Counted from the stretch's first letter, positions 21,549 to 33,834 are shown. The stretch: DNA of 64,000 nt from Tubiluchus corallicola (GCA_030141605.1 JAQGDQ010000727.1:42886-106885); one strand, 5' to 3'. Numbers and translations: made by a program. The notes: generated by a model from the letters alone, not told the origin.

Positions 21549-23798
21549 ATGAATGATACAATATTATATCTTTTACCAATAGCGGGATTATTAGGAATCT
21601 TGTATGTGTTTTACAAAAGTATGTGGGTCTCTAAACAAGAGATAGGAGATAAAAAAATGGAACGTATTTCTGAGAATATAGCTAGGGGGGCAATGGCTTT
21701 TCTTAAAACAGAATACAAAGTCTTGGTTTTATTTGTTATTGCATTAGCAATATTACTTAGTTACAAGGGAGGAATAGATACAGATTCGCATCCACTTATT
21801 GCCATATCTTTTATCATTGGAGCTATATGCTCTGGGCTAGCTGGTTTCATTGGGATGAAGATAGCAACTAAGGCAAATGTACGAACAACTAATGCTGCGA
21901 AAACCTCACTTGAAAAGGCTCTTGAAGTAGCTTTTGCAGGAGGTTCTGTTATGGGACTTGGCGTTGTAGGACTAGGTATATTGGGGCTTAGTATATTGTT
22001 TATTGTGTACAATACTTATTTTACCGATATTGTGGTATTACTCAATGTATTGTCTGGCTTTTCGCTTGGGGCATCATCCATAGCATTATTTGCTCGTGTA
22101 GGCGGAGGTATTTATACTAAGGCTGCTGATGTAGGAGCCGACCTTGTGGGTAAGGTAGAGGCTGGTATTCCTGAAGACCACCCATTGAACCCTGCAACTA
22201 TTGCCGACAATGTGGGAGATAATGTGGGAGATGTAGCTGGTATGGGAGCTGACCTTTTCGAATCTTTCGTAGGTTCAATTATTGGAACAATGGTAATAGC
22301 TGCTTCATTTTTTGCACTTCCTGAGTTTTCAGATTTCAAACTGGGAGGTGTGTTACTTCCTCTCACGCTTGGGGCAATAGGTATTATAATGTCTATCATT
22401 GGGACATTTTTTGTGAAAGTAAAGGAAGGAGGCAACCCTCATAAAGCACTTAATAAAGGAGAATTTATTTCTGCTTTTACAATGATAGTTGCTTCTTATT
22501 TTGTAATACAAAAGTTCTTGCCTGGTTCCTGGATAGTTGATGGCAAAGAATATACTTCATTCAACGTATTTATTGCAACTATCATTGGGCTGACAGCTGG
22601 GCTGATAGTAGGTAAGATTACTGAGATGTATACTGGCACTGGCACTAAGGCTGTTACCAAAATTGTAAAGCAGTCGCAAACAGGTACTGCTACTAATATC
22701 ATTGCTGGGTTAGGCATAGGGATGAAATCTACCTTAATACCTATTATTACCATAGTAGCAGCAATGATAGCAGCTTACGAGTTGGCAGGTATGTATGGTA
22801 TAGGTATAGCTGCAGTAGGTATGCTTGCCAATACAGGGATACAGCTTGCGGTAGATGCTTATGGTCCTATATCGGACAATGCTGGAGGTATCGCAGAGAT
22901 GTCGGAACTGCCAAACGAAGTAAGACAACGCACTGATAAGCTGGATGCAGTAGGAAATACAACAGCTGCCATAGGAAAGGGCTTTGCCATAGCATCAGCA
23001 GCACTTACAGCTATCATACTGTTTGCAGCTTTTATACAGCAAGCAAACATTGTGTCTATTGACATAGCCACTCCGCACGTAATGGGAGGTGTACTAATAG
23101 GAGCTATGCTGCCATTTATTTTCTCAGCATTGGCAATGGGTGCAGTAGGAAAAGCAGCAATGGAGATGATACAAGAAGTAAGACGTCAGTTTACTGAAAT
23201 ACCTGCACTTAAAAAAGCACTTGCTATAATGAAAAAATATGATGGCAATGTAGGTAAGGCTACTGCTGAAGAGAAAAAGCAGCTGGATGAGGCATATCAG
23301 GCAGCAGAATACGATGAGTGTGTTGCTATATCTACCAATGCATCTATCAGGCAAATGATATTACCCGGCTTACTTGCAATAGGTGTTCCTGTATGTGTAG
23401 GCTTTTTAGGCGGAGCGGAAATGCTTGGCGGACTAGTAGGAGGTGTTACTGCTACTGGTGTGTTGATGGCCATATTCCAGTCTAATGCTGGGGGGGCGTG
23501 GGACAATGCCAAGAAGATGATAGAAGAAGGGGTAGAGATAGAGGGGAAGAAATATGGAAAAGGGTCGGACTTGCACAAAGCGGCAGTGGTAGGCGACACG
23601 GTAGGAGATCCTTTTAAAGATACCTCGGGACCTTCACTCAATATACTATTAAAATTAATTGCTATTGTGGCTCTCGTATTAGCACCTACATTAGCAACTG
23701 TAGATACTACAACTTCTGCGAAAGAAGAAATTAATGAAAAGGAGATAATACTTAGCAAAGAACAACAAACAATAACAGGACAACTAATAGAAGAATAG
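21549..23798 (+). CDS. hppA: membrane ion-translocating pyrophosphatase, K+-dependent (probably Na+-pumping) type
   Basis: [49 protein letters not shown] has the Ala diagnostic of K+-dependent enzymes. Confidence 0.96.
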   Translation: MNDTILYLLPIAGLLGILYVFYKSMWVSKQEIGDKKMERISENIARGAMAFLKTEYKVLVLFVIALAILLSYKGGIDTDSHPLIAISFIIGAICSGLAGFIGMKIATKANVRTTNAAKTSLEKALEVAFAGGSVMGLGVVGLGILGLSILFIVYNTYFTDIVVLLNVLSGFSLGASSIALFARVGGGIYTKAADVGADLVGKVEAGIPEDHPLNPATIADNVGDNVGDVAGMGADLFESFVGSIIGTMVIAASFFALPEFSDFKLGGVLLPLTLGAIGIIMSIIGTFFVKVKEGGNPHKALNKGEFISAFTMIVASYFVIQKFLPGSWIVDGKEYTSFNVFIATIIGLTAGLIVGKITEMYTGTGTKAVTKIVKQSQTGTATNIIAGLGIGMKSTLIPIITIVAAMIAAYELAGMYGIGIAAVGMLANTGIQLAVDAYGPISDNAGGIAEMSELPNEVRQRTDKLDAVGNTTAAIGKGFAIASAALTAIILFAAFIQQANIVSIDIATPHVMGGVLIGAMLPFIFSALAMGAVGKAAMEMIQEVRRQFTEIPALKKALAIMKKYDGNVGKATAEEKKQLDEAYQAAEYDECVAISTNASIRQMILPGLLAIGVPVCVGFLGGAEMLGGLVGGVTATGVLMAIFQSNAGGAWDNAKKMIEEGVEIEGKKYGKGSDLHKAAVVGDTVGDPFKDTSGPSLNILLKLIAIVALVLAPTLATVDTTTSAKEEINEKEIILSKEQQTITGQLIEE

Positions 23799-23837
23799 CT
23801 GCTTATATAGAACAGCATATCGTTTTATCACGTTTCG

Positions 23838-23870
23838 TAGGGAGTGCAATTTGCATTCCCTATATTTTTT
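23838..23870 (+). terminator. rho-independent terminator after hppA
   Basis: TAGGGAGTGCAA-T-TTGCATTCCCTA followed by a T run. Confidence 0.7.
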
Positions 23871-24886
23871 CACACCCTCATCCTTGCATCAGGAACTATG
23901 TTTTGATTCGCAAATATTTTCTTTTTATATCTAAAAAACCCTGCTATACCAATCATTGCAGCATTATCAGTAGTGTATTCAAACTTTGGAATAAATAAAT
24001 TCCACTTATGAATTTTAGCCAATTCTTGTAACTTATCCCTCAAGCCACTATTAGCTGAAACGCCTCCTGACACTGCAATTTCTTTAATCCCCAATTCCTT
24101 TGAAGCTAACACAAGTTTATCTACCAAAACTTCCACAATAGTTTGCTGCAAAGAGGCACAAATATCATATCTATTCTCCTCAACAAATTTTGGATTAGCT
24201 TTTAGCTCATCTCTCATAAAATATAGAAAAGCCGTCTTCAACCCACTAAAACTATAATTATATCCATCCATCTTTGGCTTGGTAAAATGGAATGCTAAAG
24301 AATTACCTTGTCTAGCATATTTATCAATAATAGGACCCGCAGGGTAAGGCAAACCCATTACTTTACCACATTTATCAAAAGCCTCCCCAGCTGCATCGTC
24401 AATGGTTTCGCCCAGCACTTCCATATCAAAATAATCCTTTACTAAAATTATCTGAGAGTTTCCTCCTGATACTAAAAGACACAAAAAAGGAAAATTGGGC
24501 TGAGTATCACTTTTATTATTCCCCTTTATGAAATGGGCTAATACGTGTCCCTGCAAATGATTAACGCTCACCAAAGGAATATTTTGCCCCAAGGCAAAAC
24601 CTTTGGCAAAAGAAACACCTACTAAAAGTGAACCTAACAAGCCTGGTCCCGTTGTAACACTTACAGCATCTATATCACTTTTCTTCACATTAGCCTTTTT
24701 AATTGCTAAGTCCACCACGGGAATAATATTCTGATGATGAGCCCGAGAAGCAAACTCAGGTATTACCCCACCATATTTTTCATGAACCTCTTGAGTGGCC
24801 ACTTCATTGGATAAAACTACATTATTTTCCAAAACAGCTGCCGAAGTATCATCACAAGAAGTCTCAATACCTAATATAATACTCAT
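23870..24886 (-). CDS. tsaD: tRNA N6-adenosine threonylcarbamoyltransferase
   Basis: ILGIETSCDDT, GPGLLGSL, NHLQGH, LVSGG, DDAAGEAFDK, SFSGLKT and TDNAAMI. Confidence 0.98.
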   Translation of the reverse strand: MSIILGIETSCDDTSAAVLENNVVLSNEVATQEVHEKYGGVIPEFASRAHHQNIIPVVDLAIKKANVKKSDIDAVSVTTGPGLLGSLLVGVSFAKGFALGQNIPLVSVNHLQGHVLAHFIKGNNKSDTQPNFPFLCLLVSGGNSQIILVKDYFDMEVLGETIDDAAGEAFDKCGKVMGLPYPAGPIIDKYARQGNSLAFHFTKPKMDGYNYSFSGLKTAFLYFMRDELKANPKFVEENRYDICASLQQTIVEVLVDKLVLASKELGIKEIAVSGGVSANSGLRDKLQELAKIHKWNLFIPKFEYTTDNAAMIGIAGFFRYKKKIFANQNIVPDARMRV

Positions 24887-24936
24887 TATAAAAACTTTAA
24901 AAAGATAATTATCTCAATTTTTCTTAAATTTGTAGT

Positions 24937-27900
24937 ATGGGTAGAACACTTAAAAAAATATTCAAAATATCTTTAAAAATATTATTAGCATTTACTCTGT
25001 TAATAATCATCTTATATGCCCTATTTCTAAGCCCTACAGTTCAAACTTATATCAGTCAAAAAATTGCCAAAAAACTGACTGAACAGCTTGGTGCAAAAAT
25101 AAATATTAAAAACGTTGATATAGGTTCATTTGACGAAATAATTTTAGAAGGACTATATATAGAAGATAAAAAAAATGATACATTGCTCTATGTTGAAAAA
25201 TTAAATGCCAACCTTCGTCAATTATCATTCAAAAAACGTCAAATAACTTTAGATAAGTTAAAATTTAAACAAGCAAATATTAATGTATTTAAACAAGCTG
25301 ACAGCACAATGAACTATCAGTTCATCATAGATTTTATCAAAATTGACCCGGAAAAACAATGGCAAGTAAAAATTAGAAACATAGAATTCTTTGATTCGCA
25401 CTGCACCTATCAAAAATACGACAAGCAACCCAAAAGAAAAGGGATGAATTACAAAGATATTAGAGTTGCAAACATCTCCTTGGAAATAAACAACATTAGA
25501 ATAGAAAAAGGAATCCTTTTCTGCCGTCTAAAAAATATTACCGCCCAAGAAAAAAGTGGATTCAAATTAGAAAGTCTTTCTGCCGAAGTATTAGCAGATA
25601 AAGAAGGCATCTTTATAGACAATCTTATCATAACTACTCCATACAGTCATATCGTAGCCGAAAACTATTCAATGGAATATGAAAATGCAGCAGACTTTCG
25701 AAAATACATAGATAATGTGAAAATGGAAGCAAAATTCAACTCCTCACAGTTAAGTTTCAAAGATCTTTCTTACTTTGCTCCTACATTAGACTCAATAGAA
25801 AATACTGTTACTCTTGCAGGCAACGTATCAGGCTATGTTTCCGATTTAATGGCTGATAGCCTAAACATCAACATTGGAGAAGAATCAAGCATCAATACAA
25901 CATTCCATTTATATGGGCTTCCTAGTAGAGAAAACACACACTATTCAATCATATTTAACGAACTTAACTTTACCACAAAAGACCTAAACACATTAGATTT
26001 ACCCTTTCTCAAAAATAAAAAATTAGACCTACCTCAAAACACCAACAAGTTAGGAGTAGCCACACTCATAGGAAGCATTGAAGGAACTCCTCACGATTTT
26101 TTATTCGAAGGAAAAATAATCTCTAACTTTGGCACATTAAGCACTCAACTAACATTGCAGAAGGAAGATTTTCTAAATACTAATATCAACGGATTTTTAT
26201 CCACTAACAAGTTTGATATTGGAAAAATCGTTACAGCAGATTCTACTTTAGAGACTATCAGTTTCAACAGCCAAGTAAGGGCAACTAATAATAAAAATAA
26301 TGGATTATATGGACAAATAAATGCTCAAATACACAGCTTCATTTTCAATAAATATAAATACAAAAACATAATTATAGATGGGAAATTAGCAGGAGAAAAA
26401 GGAAAAATAAGCCTCAAAGTAAAAGATGATAACATAGATTTAGATATCAATAGCACATACGATAACACAGTCACCAAAGACAAATATATACTATCAGCCT
26501 ACCTCAATAAAGCAAAACTCTATAATCTTAATTTTGACAAAGAAGAACCGGATGCCCATCTAAGTCTTTCTACCTATTCAAAATTCTCCAGCCTTAAAAT
26601 AGACAGTATCATAGGAAAAACATTTATCAATAATCTATCCTTCCAAAATATATACGGAACTTCCAAACTCAATAATATTATTTTAACTGCAACCACCCTC
26701 AATGACAGCACAAAACAAATAAAGCTACAATCAAAACTAATAACAGCTAACATAGAAGGACAATATCACCTCTCTACTATTATTCCTTCTATTAAGAATG
26801 CCTTTATCGGCTATTTACCATCCTTAGACAGCATAACAGCAAGCCCTAAAAACAATTTCAAATACAGCATACAATTCAACCAAAAGAAAGAAACCAATAA
26901 AATATTTTTCAACGGTGTGCAAATAGCTCAAAACACCCTAATAAAAGGAAGTTACAATAGCGAAACTAACAATATTGGACTAAACATCAATTCTGATAAA
27001 ATAAGTTATAACGGCAATATCATAGAAAATTTAAATATCATTATAGACAACGACACCAACAAATTAAATACTAGTTTAAAAACAACAAAAATAACCTTAA
27101 ACAACAACATAAATATTCACAATCTTAATACATCAACACATACCTCCGATAACAAAATAAAACTGAACATCAACTGGAAAAACGAGACCAATTCGGATAT
27201 ACAAAGCGAAATAAAAGCTACTATCAACTTCATTGCACAACAAGAACAGCAAACACCCACAATAAAAATTAACATAGGACACAGCAACTTAATCATCAAA
27301 AATAAATTATGGAACATTAGTGAAAATATTATTATTATAAGCGAAGACAATCTACAAATAAGAAACTTTAGCTTCAAAAATAAGAAAGAAGGCATACACA
27401 TAGAAAGCTTTATTAACCAAGAGTCTGATAATAATGTAAGAATAGATTTTGATAACTTAGACCTTACTAATTTCAACAACCTGCTTGCACTCTATAAAAT
27501 AAACCTACAAGGAATTCTAAAAGGAAACCTCACGCTATTAGACATATATGATAACCCCAGATTATTATCTAATTTGCAAGCCAACGATATGCACATTAAC
27601 AATAACAATATAGGCGATATAAAACTAAAAAGTATCGGCAATAGTGGTAATTCATTGCTAACAATAAACGCAAGCATAGAAAATAACAAAACAAAAAATA
27701 TAGACATTAGAGGGGTATACGATACTAAAAGCAAAAATATAGACTTAAATGCCAATCTGCAAAAATTCAACTTCAAAAACATACAGCCATTATTCTCTAA
27801 AATAATGACAGACATAGATGGGGAAATAGATGGAAAAATCAAAGTATCAGGAAAAATTAACAAGCCCAACCTTAATGGGGAAGCCTACCTCAATAATGCT

Positions 27901-29349
27901 TCAGCTACCATCAACTTTCTAAAAACAAGATATCAGTTCGCCACACCCATAAAAATACAACAATCAAACCTAATACTTGAAAACCTAATATTTAGCGATA
28001 TAGAAGAAAACGAAGGAACATTACAAGGAAAAATCACACACAACAACTTCAAAGACCTACAATTCGATATGAAAATAAAAACCTATAACACGCAAGTACT
28101 TAACACCACAATAAAAGACAATGAAACATTCTATGGAAAAGCTTATGCCTCAGGACAGGCGCATATAACAGGCACACCTACTAAACTCAACTTTAATCTC
28201 AGTGCAAAAACTGAAAAAGGAACAGATATATATATTCCTCTCTTCTCAGAAAAAGCAATAGCAGAAACAAGTTTCATAACATTTATTCAAGCACCAGAAC
28301 AAACACCAGAACAAAACGCTATTAACTTCGCAGGCATAAATCTAAATTTTGATTTAAAAATGACCCCTAGTGCCAAAGTAAACCTCATAATAGACCCTGA
28401 AACACAAAGCGAAATAAAAGGAACAGGCAATGGAGATTTAAAATTACTAATCACACCCACAGAAGGATTTAATATGTACGGAGACTACGATATATCCAAA
28501 GGAGACTATATTTTTTCATTTGAAAACATAGTAAAAAAGAAGTTTTCCATAGAACATGGAGGAACCATAAAATGGGATGGAGACCCATTTAGATCAGACA
28601 TAGAACTAACAGCCAATTACCGACTACGAGCCAACCCTTACATTTTGGCTCCAGAAATAATAAAAACCAATAAGAAAGTTCCCGTTAATCTTGGAATACA
28701 AATTACTGAAAAGCTCCCCAACCCTAACATAGCCTTTATCATAGACCTGCCCAATGCTGACGACAATACCAGAACTTTATTTCAAAACTACCTTGCAGAA
28801 CCAGAAGAACTAAATAGACAGGCACTATCACTACTGCTACTAAACACTTTCTATACAGAAAGCAGCAATGAAAGCACTAGTGGTAATATAGGATCTATCA
28901 CTACAATGGAACTACTCGCCGTTCAACTCAGCAGCTGGCTCTCAAGCACAAGTGACAAATTTGATGTAGGGGTAAGTTATACTCCCAAACAATATGAACA
29001 AGACAAAGAAGACATAGAAGTAGAAATATCAACACAAATACTCAACGAGAGAGTTCAAATAAGTGGAAGTGCAGGCACAAAAAGCAGCCAACAAGAAGAA
29101 GAAAATACCTTTACAGGAGACGTAGATGTAATTATAGACATAAATGAGAAAGGAAACCTAAAACTCAAGGCATATTCACACTCCAATGACAATTTAAATG
29201 AAGAGACATCCCCCACTACGCAAGGAGTGGGAATAACATACACCAAAGAGTTTGATACATTTGGGGAGCTTTTCCAATCGTATTGGAAGAGAGTAGGGAA
29301 ATTATTCCACAAAGAAACCAAAGACACAACTGCAATAAAAACACCTTAA
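24937..29349 (+). CDS. tamB: translocation and assembly module TamB (DUF490) protein
   Basis: N-terminal TM anchor, long beta-rich body and C-terminal G.I.W.GDP...A.Y / QGVGITY...FD motifs. Divergent from tsaD as usual in Bacteroidota. Confidence 0.85.
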   Translation: MGRTLKKIFKISLKILLAFTLLIIILYALFLSPTVQTYISQKIAKKLTEQLGAKINIKNVDIGSFDEIILEGLYIEDKKNDTLLYVEKLNANLRQLSFKKRQITLDKLKFKQANINVFKQADSTMNYQFIIDFIKIDPEKQWQVKIRNIEFFDSHCTYQKYDKQPKRKGMNYKDIRVANISLEINNIRIEKGILFCRLKNITAQEKSGFKLESLSAEVLADKEGIFIDNLIITTPYSHIVAENYSMEYENAADFRKYIDNVKMEAKFNSSQLSFKDLSYFAPTLDSIENTVTLAGNVSGYVSDLMADSLNINIGEESSINTTFHLYGLPSRENTHYSIIFNELNFTTKDLNTLDLPFLKNKKLDLPQNTNKLGVATLIGSIEGTPHDFLFEGKIISNFGTLSTQLTLQKEDFLNTNINGFLSTNKFDIGKIVTADSTLETISFNSQVRATNNKNNGLYGQINAQIHSFIFNKYKYKNIIIDGKLAGEKGKISLKVKDDNIDLDINSTYDNTVTKDKYILSAYLNKAKLYNLNFDKEEPDAHLSLSTYSKFSSLKIDSIIGKTFINNLSFQNIYGTSKLNNIILTATTLNDSTKQIKLQSKLITANIEGQYHLSTIIPSIKNAFIGYLPSLDSITASPKNNFKYSIQFNQKKETNKIFFNGVQIAQNTLIKGSYNSETNNIGLNINSDKISYNGNIIENLNIIIDNDTNKLNTSLKTTKITLNNNINIHNLNTSTHTSDNKIKLNINWKNETNSDIQSEIKATINFIAQQEQQTPTIKINIGHSNLIIKNKLWNISENIIIISEDNLQIRNFSFKNKKEGIHIESFINQESDNNVRIDFDNLDLTNFNNLLALYKINLQGILKGNLTLLDIYDNPRLLSNLQANDMHINNNNIGDIKLKSIGNSGNSLLTINASIENNKTKNIDIRGVYDTKSKNIDLNANLQKFNFKNIQPLFSKIMTDIDGEIDGKIKVSGKINKPNLNGEAYLNNASATINFLKTRYQFATPIKIQQSNLILENLIFSDIEENEGTLQGKITHNNFKDLQFDMKIKTYNTQVLNTTIKDNETFYGKAYASGQAHITGTPTKLNFNLSAKTEKGTDIYIPLFSEKAIAETSFITFIQAPEQTPEQNAINFAGINLNFDLKMTPSAKVNLIIDPETQSEIKGTGNGDLKLLITPTEGFNMYGDYDISKGDYIFSFENIVKKKFSIEHGGTIKWDGDPFRSDIELTANYRLRANPYILAPEIIKTNKKVPVNLGIQITEKLPNPNIAFIIDLPNADDNTRTLFQNYLAEPEELNRQALSLLLLNTFYTESSNESTSGNIGSITTMELLAVQLSSWLSSTSDKFDVGVSYTPKQYEQDKEDIEVEISTQILNERVQISGSAGTKSSQQEEENTFTGDVDVIIDINEKGNLKLKAYSHSNDNLNEETSPTTQGVGITYTKEFDTFGELFQSYWKRVGKLFHKETKDTTAIKTP

Positions 29350-29441
29350 AAAAAACCAAGCCTCATTAAAAAAAAGAACAAAAGTAGACAACCAATTTAC
29401 CTACTCTGAGAACTAACAAAAACATTAGAAAATCTTACTAG

Positions 29442-30059
29442 CTAAAGAGACTCTTTGAAAAACTTTTTCTGAAAAATAAAAATAATAAAAACACCTACTG
29501 TAATACAAGAATCAGCTATATTAAACACAGGACGAAAGAAAATAAATGATTCTCCTCCCCAAAAAGGCACCCAATTAGGGAGAACAGTAGTTATCAAAGG
29601 GAAATATAGCATATCTACCACCCTACCAAACAAAAATGGAGCATAGCCACCCTCTTCGGGTAAAAATACCGAAACTTCTGCTGGCCAATAACCACTTTCA
29701 TTAAATATCAGCCCATAAAACATACCGTCTATCATATTACCTATAGCCCCTCCCAATATTAAAGACAAGGAAACAATAAATCCAAAATGAGTGCCTTTTC
29801 TAATATTCAAATACAAATAATAAGTAATTGCTAAAATTGCTAAAACCCTAAAAACACTCAAAAGTAGCTTGCCTATATCGCCCCCAAATTCAAATCCAAA
29901 AGCCATCCCATTATTTTCGGTAAAATATATCAAAAACCAATCACCAAAAACCTTATGACTTTCCCCCAAATACATAGTAGTTTTAACCCAAATCTTACTG
30001 GCTTGATCTACTAAAACCACCAAAACTATTATCAACCAAGATTTCACAACAATAGACAT
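29442..30059 (-). CDS. lspA: lipoprotein signal peptidase
   Basis: DQASK, ENNGMAFG, GGAIGNMID, VVDMLYFP, FNIADS. Confidence 0.97.
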   Translation of the reverse strand: MSIVVKSWLIIVLVVLVDQASKIWVKTTMYLGESHKVFGDWFLIYFTENNGMAFGFEFGGDIGKLLLSVFRVLAILAITYYLYLNIRKGTHFGFIVSLSLILGGAIGNMIDGMFYGLIFNESGYWPAEVSVFLPEEGGYAPFLFGRVVDMLYFPLITTVLPNWVPFWGGESFIFFRPVFNIADSCITVGVFIIFIFQKKFFKESL

Positions 30060-30070
30060 AAGAAAACTAT

Positions 30071-30463
30071 TTACATAAACTTATTTCCTATCCTGTTTTC
30101 TTTAGCTTCAACGCTTAAAGTAGTATGAGGAACAGCCCTTAGTCTTTCTTTTGAAATTAACTTACCCGTAGCACGACAAACGCCATATGTTCTATTCTCA
30201 ATTCTTACAAGAGCTGCTTGCAAATGCTGAATAAATTTCTGTTGCCTACCTGCAAGACGGCCTGTTTCCTCTTTAGATAGGACATTCGCTCCTTCTTCCA
30301 TTATCTTAAAAGAAGGCGAGGTATCCTTATCATTATTACCTGCTCCTTGATCCATAGATGATTTTAACTCTTCAAAATCTTTTTGTGCTTTGTCTAGTTT
30401 TTTTTGAATAATCTCTTTAAACTCTTGAAGCTCTTGATTTGAATATTTATTTTTCTCCGTCAT
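30071..30463 (-). CDS. dksA: TraR/DksA family regulator
   Basis: ALVRIENRTYGVCRATGKLISKERLRAVPH; lies in the ileS-dksA-lspA operon. Start placed at ATG 30463. Confidence 0.88.
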   Translation of the reverse strand: MTEKNKYSNQELQEFKEIIQKKLDKAQKDFEELKSSMDQGAGNNDKDTSPSFKIMEEGANVLSKEETGRLAGRQQKFIQHLQAALVRIENRTYGVCRATGKLISKERLRAVPHTTLSVEAKENRIGNKFM

Positions 30464-30504
30464 AACAATCTGTTTTTTTAATAAATTAATTATATCTTTC
30501 CCCA

Positions 30505-33500
30505 CTATACTCTTTCAATATTTAAAAGTGTTTTCACCCCTTTATCTATTTCTACCTCCTTGCCCTCTAATCTATCCACCAATGCCAACTCCTCTGCCAA
30601 GGTTTGGGAACTAATATAATCTTTATGCTTTTCTACAGCTCTATCTATATCACTATGTCTTTGCACCTTTATGTATATTTTGTCCGTAACATCGTACCCC
30701 TGCTCTTTTCTCATATTTTGAATTCTATTCACAAATTCACGGGCAATCCCCTCGTTTTTCAAATCATCAGTAATATTTACATCCAAAGCTGTAGTTATAG
30801 CCCCCTCATTAGCAACCAACCATCCCTCAATGTCCTTGGAAACTATTTCAACATCCTCCAAAGATAACGAAATATTTTTATTACCAACGTTTATATTATG
30901 TGTTTTATTTTGTTCAAATCTAAAAATCTCTTCTTGATTTATTTTAGAAATAGCTGCCGTTACTTCTTTCATCAGCTTACCATACTTAGGCCCTAGCACC
31001 TTAAAATTAGGTTTAATCTCCTTTACCAATACACTACTAGCATCATTTATGTACTCAATTTCCTTGACATTCACTTCCGCCAAAATAATACCTTTCACCG
31101 CTTCTATTTTTTCCTCTGTAATTTCATTATTCACAGGAATAATAACCTTACTCAAAGGCTGTCTCACCTTAATTTTCACTTTCCTACGCAAACTCAAAAC
31201 CATAGAAGACACCTTTTGAGCAATACTCATTCGCTCTTCCAAATTCTTATCTACAACCCCCTCATCAACCTTGGGAAAACTTGCTAAATGCACGGAATTT
31301 TCACCGCTCAAATCGCCGTACAACTCATCAGTATAGAAAGGAGCAATAGGAGAAGACAACAAAGCTACAACCTCTAAACACTTATGCAAAGTTTGATAAG
31401 CTGAAATCTTATCTTTGGTATAATCACCAATCCAATACCGCTTCCTACTCAACCGTACATACCAATTGCTCAAATCTTCAATTACAAATCTCTGAATAGC
31501 ACGCCCTGCCCTTGTAGGTTCATAATTGCCGTAATGCTCGCCTACTTCCTTAATCAACGTGTTCAACAATGAAATAATCCATCTATCAATTTCAGGCCTA
31601 TTCTTATAACTTATTTCTTCATCCTTATTTTCAAATCCATCCACATTAGCATACAAGGCAAAGAAAGAATAAGTATTATACAGGGTGCCAAAAAACTTAC
31701 GTTTCACCTCGTCCACCCCCTCAATATCAAACTTTTGGTTCTCCCAAGGCTGAGCATTTGTAATCATATACCATCGCACAGCATCAGCACCATATCCCTC
31801 AATGGTTTCAAAAGGATCAATAGCATTCCCCAACCGTTTAGACATCTTATTTCCCTCTTTGTCCAGTACCAAACCGTTAGAAATAATATTCTTAAACGCC
31901 ATACTGTCGAAAAGCATAGTTCCCAAGGTGTGCAAGGTAAAGAACCAACCACGGGTTTGGTCAACTCCCTCTGCAATAAAATCAGCTGGAAATTTATCTT
32001 TTAATTTCTCCTCATTCTCAAAAGGATAATGCATTTGAGCATAAGGCATAGCCCCAGAGTCAAACCACACATCAATTAAAGCACTTTCTCTTTTCATTTC
32101 TTTTCCATCTGGCGATATCAAGATAATATCATCTACAAATGGACGATGTAAATCTATTGTTTCATAGTTTTGCATAGAAAAATCATTCACTACAAACTTT
32201 TCTAACGGATTATTTTTCATTACACCTGCCTTTACTGCTTTCTCTACTTCCGTCTTCAACTCTTCAATAGAACCAATACATATTTGTTCTTTTTTATCTT
32301 CAGTAGTCCAAACAGGCAAAGGTGTTCCCCAAAAACGTGAACGGGATAAATTCCAATCCTGCAAATTTTCGAGCCATTTAGCAAACCTACCACTGCCTGT
32401 CGATTGTGGCTTCCAGTTAATAGTCTCATTCAACTTTACCAACTTGTCTCTAAACCCAGTAGTTTTTACAAACCAAGAATCCAAAGGGTAGTACAAAACT
32501 GGCTTATCCGTTCGCCAACAATGCGGATACGAATGGACATATTTTTCTACTTTAAAAGACTTATTCTCCTTCTTCAGATTAACAACAATACTTATATCTA
32601 CTGTCTCATCCTTCTCTGTTAGCAAAGGGTCGTAAGCATTTTTCACATACCTACCTGACAGATACCCGCAACCCTCAACAAATTTCCCTTGTTTATCTAC
32701 CAATAACAACGAACCCAAGCCATTTTCCTTTGCTACGCGGTAGTCATCTGCTCCAAAAGAAGGAGCAATATGCACCACACCAGTTCCATCTTCCGTAGTT
32801 ACAAAATCGCCCACTACCACTTTAAAAGCATCCCCCTCCTTAGGTTGTTGAAAAGGCATTAGTTGTTCATATCTCACACCTGCTAAATCTTTTCCTTTAT
32901 ACTCATCCAACACTTTGTAAGGTGCAGTCTTATCACCCTTTTTATAATCTTTTAAAACAAGTTTCTTGTTCTTTTCAGGGAAATACTTAGCCATCAAGTC
33001 CTTAGCCAGAACAACCGTAATAGGCTCACCTGTATATACATTAAAGGTTCTTACCTTCACATAAGTAATGCCTTTACCTACTGCCAAGGCTGTATTAGAA
33101 GGTAAGGTCCAAGGCGTAGTTGTCCAAGCCAAAAGGTAAAGGTCAGTATCTATTCCCTCAAATAATTTTTCTGATGTCTTGTCTTTCACTGCCTTAAACT
33201 GTGCTACAATAGTAGTATCAGTAACATCGCGATAACATCCCGGCTGGTTCAACTCGTGTGTGCTAAGTCCCGTACCCGCTGCCGGCGAATAAGGTTGAAT
33301 GGAATATCCTTTGTAGAGCAAACCTTTTTCATACAGCCGTTTCAATAAATGCCACAAAGTTTCAATATACTTGTTTTCATAAGTAATATAAGGCTCTTCC
33401 ATATTCACCCAATACCCCATCTCTTCCGTCAGCTTTGCCCAAAGGTCAGTATATTTCATCACCTCCCTTCTGCACTCATCGTTATATTCTTTAACAGAAA

Positions 33501-33834
33501 TCTTCTCTCCAATATCCTCTTTTGTGATGCCCAGCTTTTTTTCCACTGCCAACTCCACAGGCAGCCCGTGAGTATCCCATCCTGCCTTGCGCTCCACCAA
33601 ATAGCCCTGCAAAGTCTTATATCTACATACCACATCTTTAATAGTACGAGCCATTACGTGATGAATACCCGGCACACCATTAGCAGAAGGTGGTCCCTCA
33701 AAAAACACAAAAGGTTCACAATCTTTCCTTAACTCCAAGCTCTGCTCAAAAGTATTCTTCTCCTTCCATTTCTGCAAAACCTTTTTATTTACATCCGCAA
33801 GGCTTAAGTCCTTATACTCAGGAAACTTACTCAT
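30505..33834 (-). CDS. ileS: isoleucine--tRNA ligase
   Basis: EGPPSANG, GWDTHGLPVE, WTTTPWTLPSN, WFDSG, EGVDQTRGWF and KMSKR. Confidence 0.99.
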   Translation of the reverse strand: MSKFPEYKDLSLADVNKKVLQKWKEKNTFEQSLELRKDCEPFVFFEGPPSANGVPGIHHVMARTIKDVVCRYKTLQGYLVERKAGWDTHGLPVELAVEKKLGITKEDIGEKISVKEYNDECRREVMKYTDLWAKLTEEMGYWVNMEEPYITYENKYIETLWHLLKRLYEKGLLYKGYSIQPYSPAAGTGLSTHELNQPGCYRDVTDTTIVAQFKAVKDKTSEKLFEGIDTDLYLLAWTTTPWTLPSNTALAVGKGITYVKVRTFNVYTGEPITVVLAKDLMAKYFPEKNKKLVLKDYKKGDKTAPYKVLDEYKGKDLAGVRYEQLMPFQQPKEGDAFKVVVGDFVTTEDGTGVVHIAPSFGADDYRVAKENGLGSLLLVDKQGKFVEGCGYLSGRYVKNAYDPLLTEKDETVDISIVVNLKKENKSFKVEKYVHSYPHCWRTDKPVLYYPLDSWFVKTTGFRDKLVKLNETINWKPQSTGSGRFAKWLENLQDWNLSRSRFWGTPLPVWTTEDKKEQICIGSIEELKTEVEKAVKAGVMKNNPLEKFVVNDFSMQNYETIDLHRPFVDDIILISPDGKEMKRESALIDVWFDSGAMPYAQMHYPFENEEKLKDKFPADFIAEGVDQTRGWFFTLHTLGTMLFDSMAFKNIISNGLVLDKEGNKMSKRLGNAIDPFETIEGYGADAVRWYMITNAQPWENQKFDIEGVDEVKRKFFGTLYNTYSFFALYANVDGFENKDEEISYKNRPEIDRWIISLLNTLIKEVGEHYGNYEPTRAGRAIQRFVIEDLSNWYVRLSRKRYWIGDYTKDKISAYQTLHKCLEVVALLSSPIAPFYTDELYGDLSGENSVHLASFPKVDEGVVDKNLEERMSIAQKVSSMVLSLRRKVKIKVRQPLSKVIIPVNNEITEEKIEAVKGIILAEVNVKEIEYINDASSVLVKEIKPNFKVLGPKYGKLMKEVTAAISKINQEEIFRFEQNKTHNINVGNKNISLSLEDVEIVSKDIEGWLVANEGAITTALDVNITDDLKNEGIAREFVNRIQNMRKEQGYDVTDKIYIKVQRHSDIDRAVEKHKDYISSQTLAEELALVDRLEGKEVEIDKGVKTLLNIERV

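Noticed and set aside
21761-23818. Multiple antisense ORFs within hppA (and similar ones in ileS, susC, tamB, lepA)
   Set aside because: Shadow ORFs caused by codon bias of the sense gene; no independent motifs.
30071-30463. DksA with only one Cys as a novelty
   Set aside because: The CRxTGK form without a full C4 zinc finger is the usual Bacteroidota type in the ileS-dksA-lspA operon.
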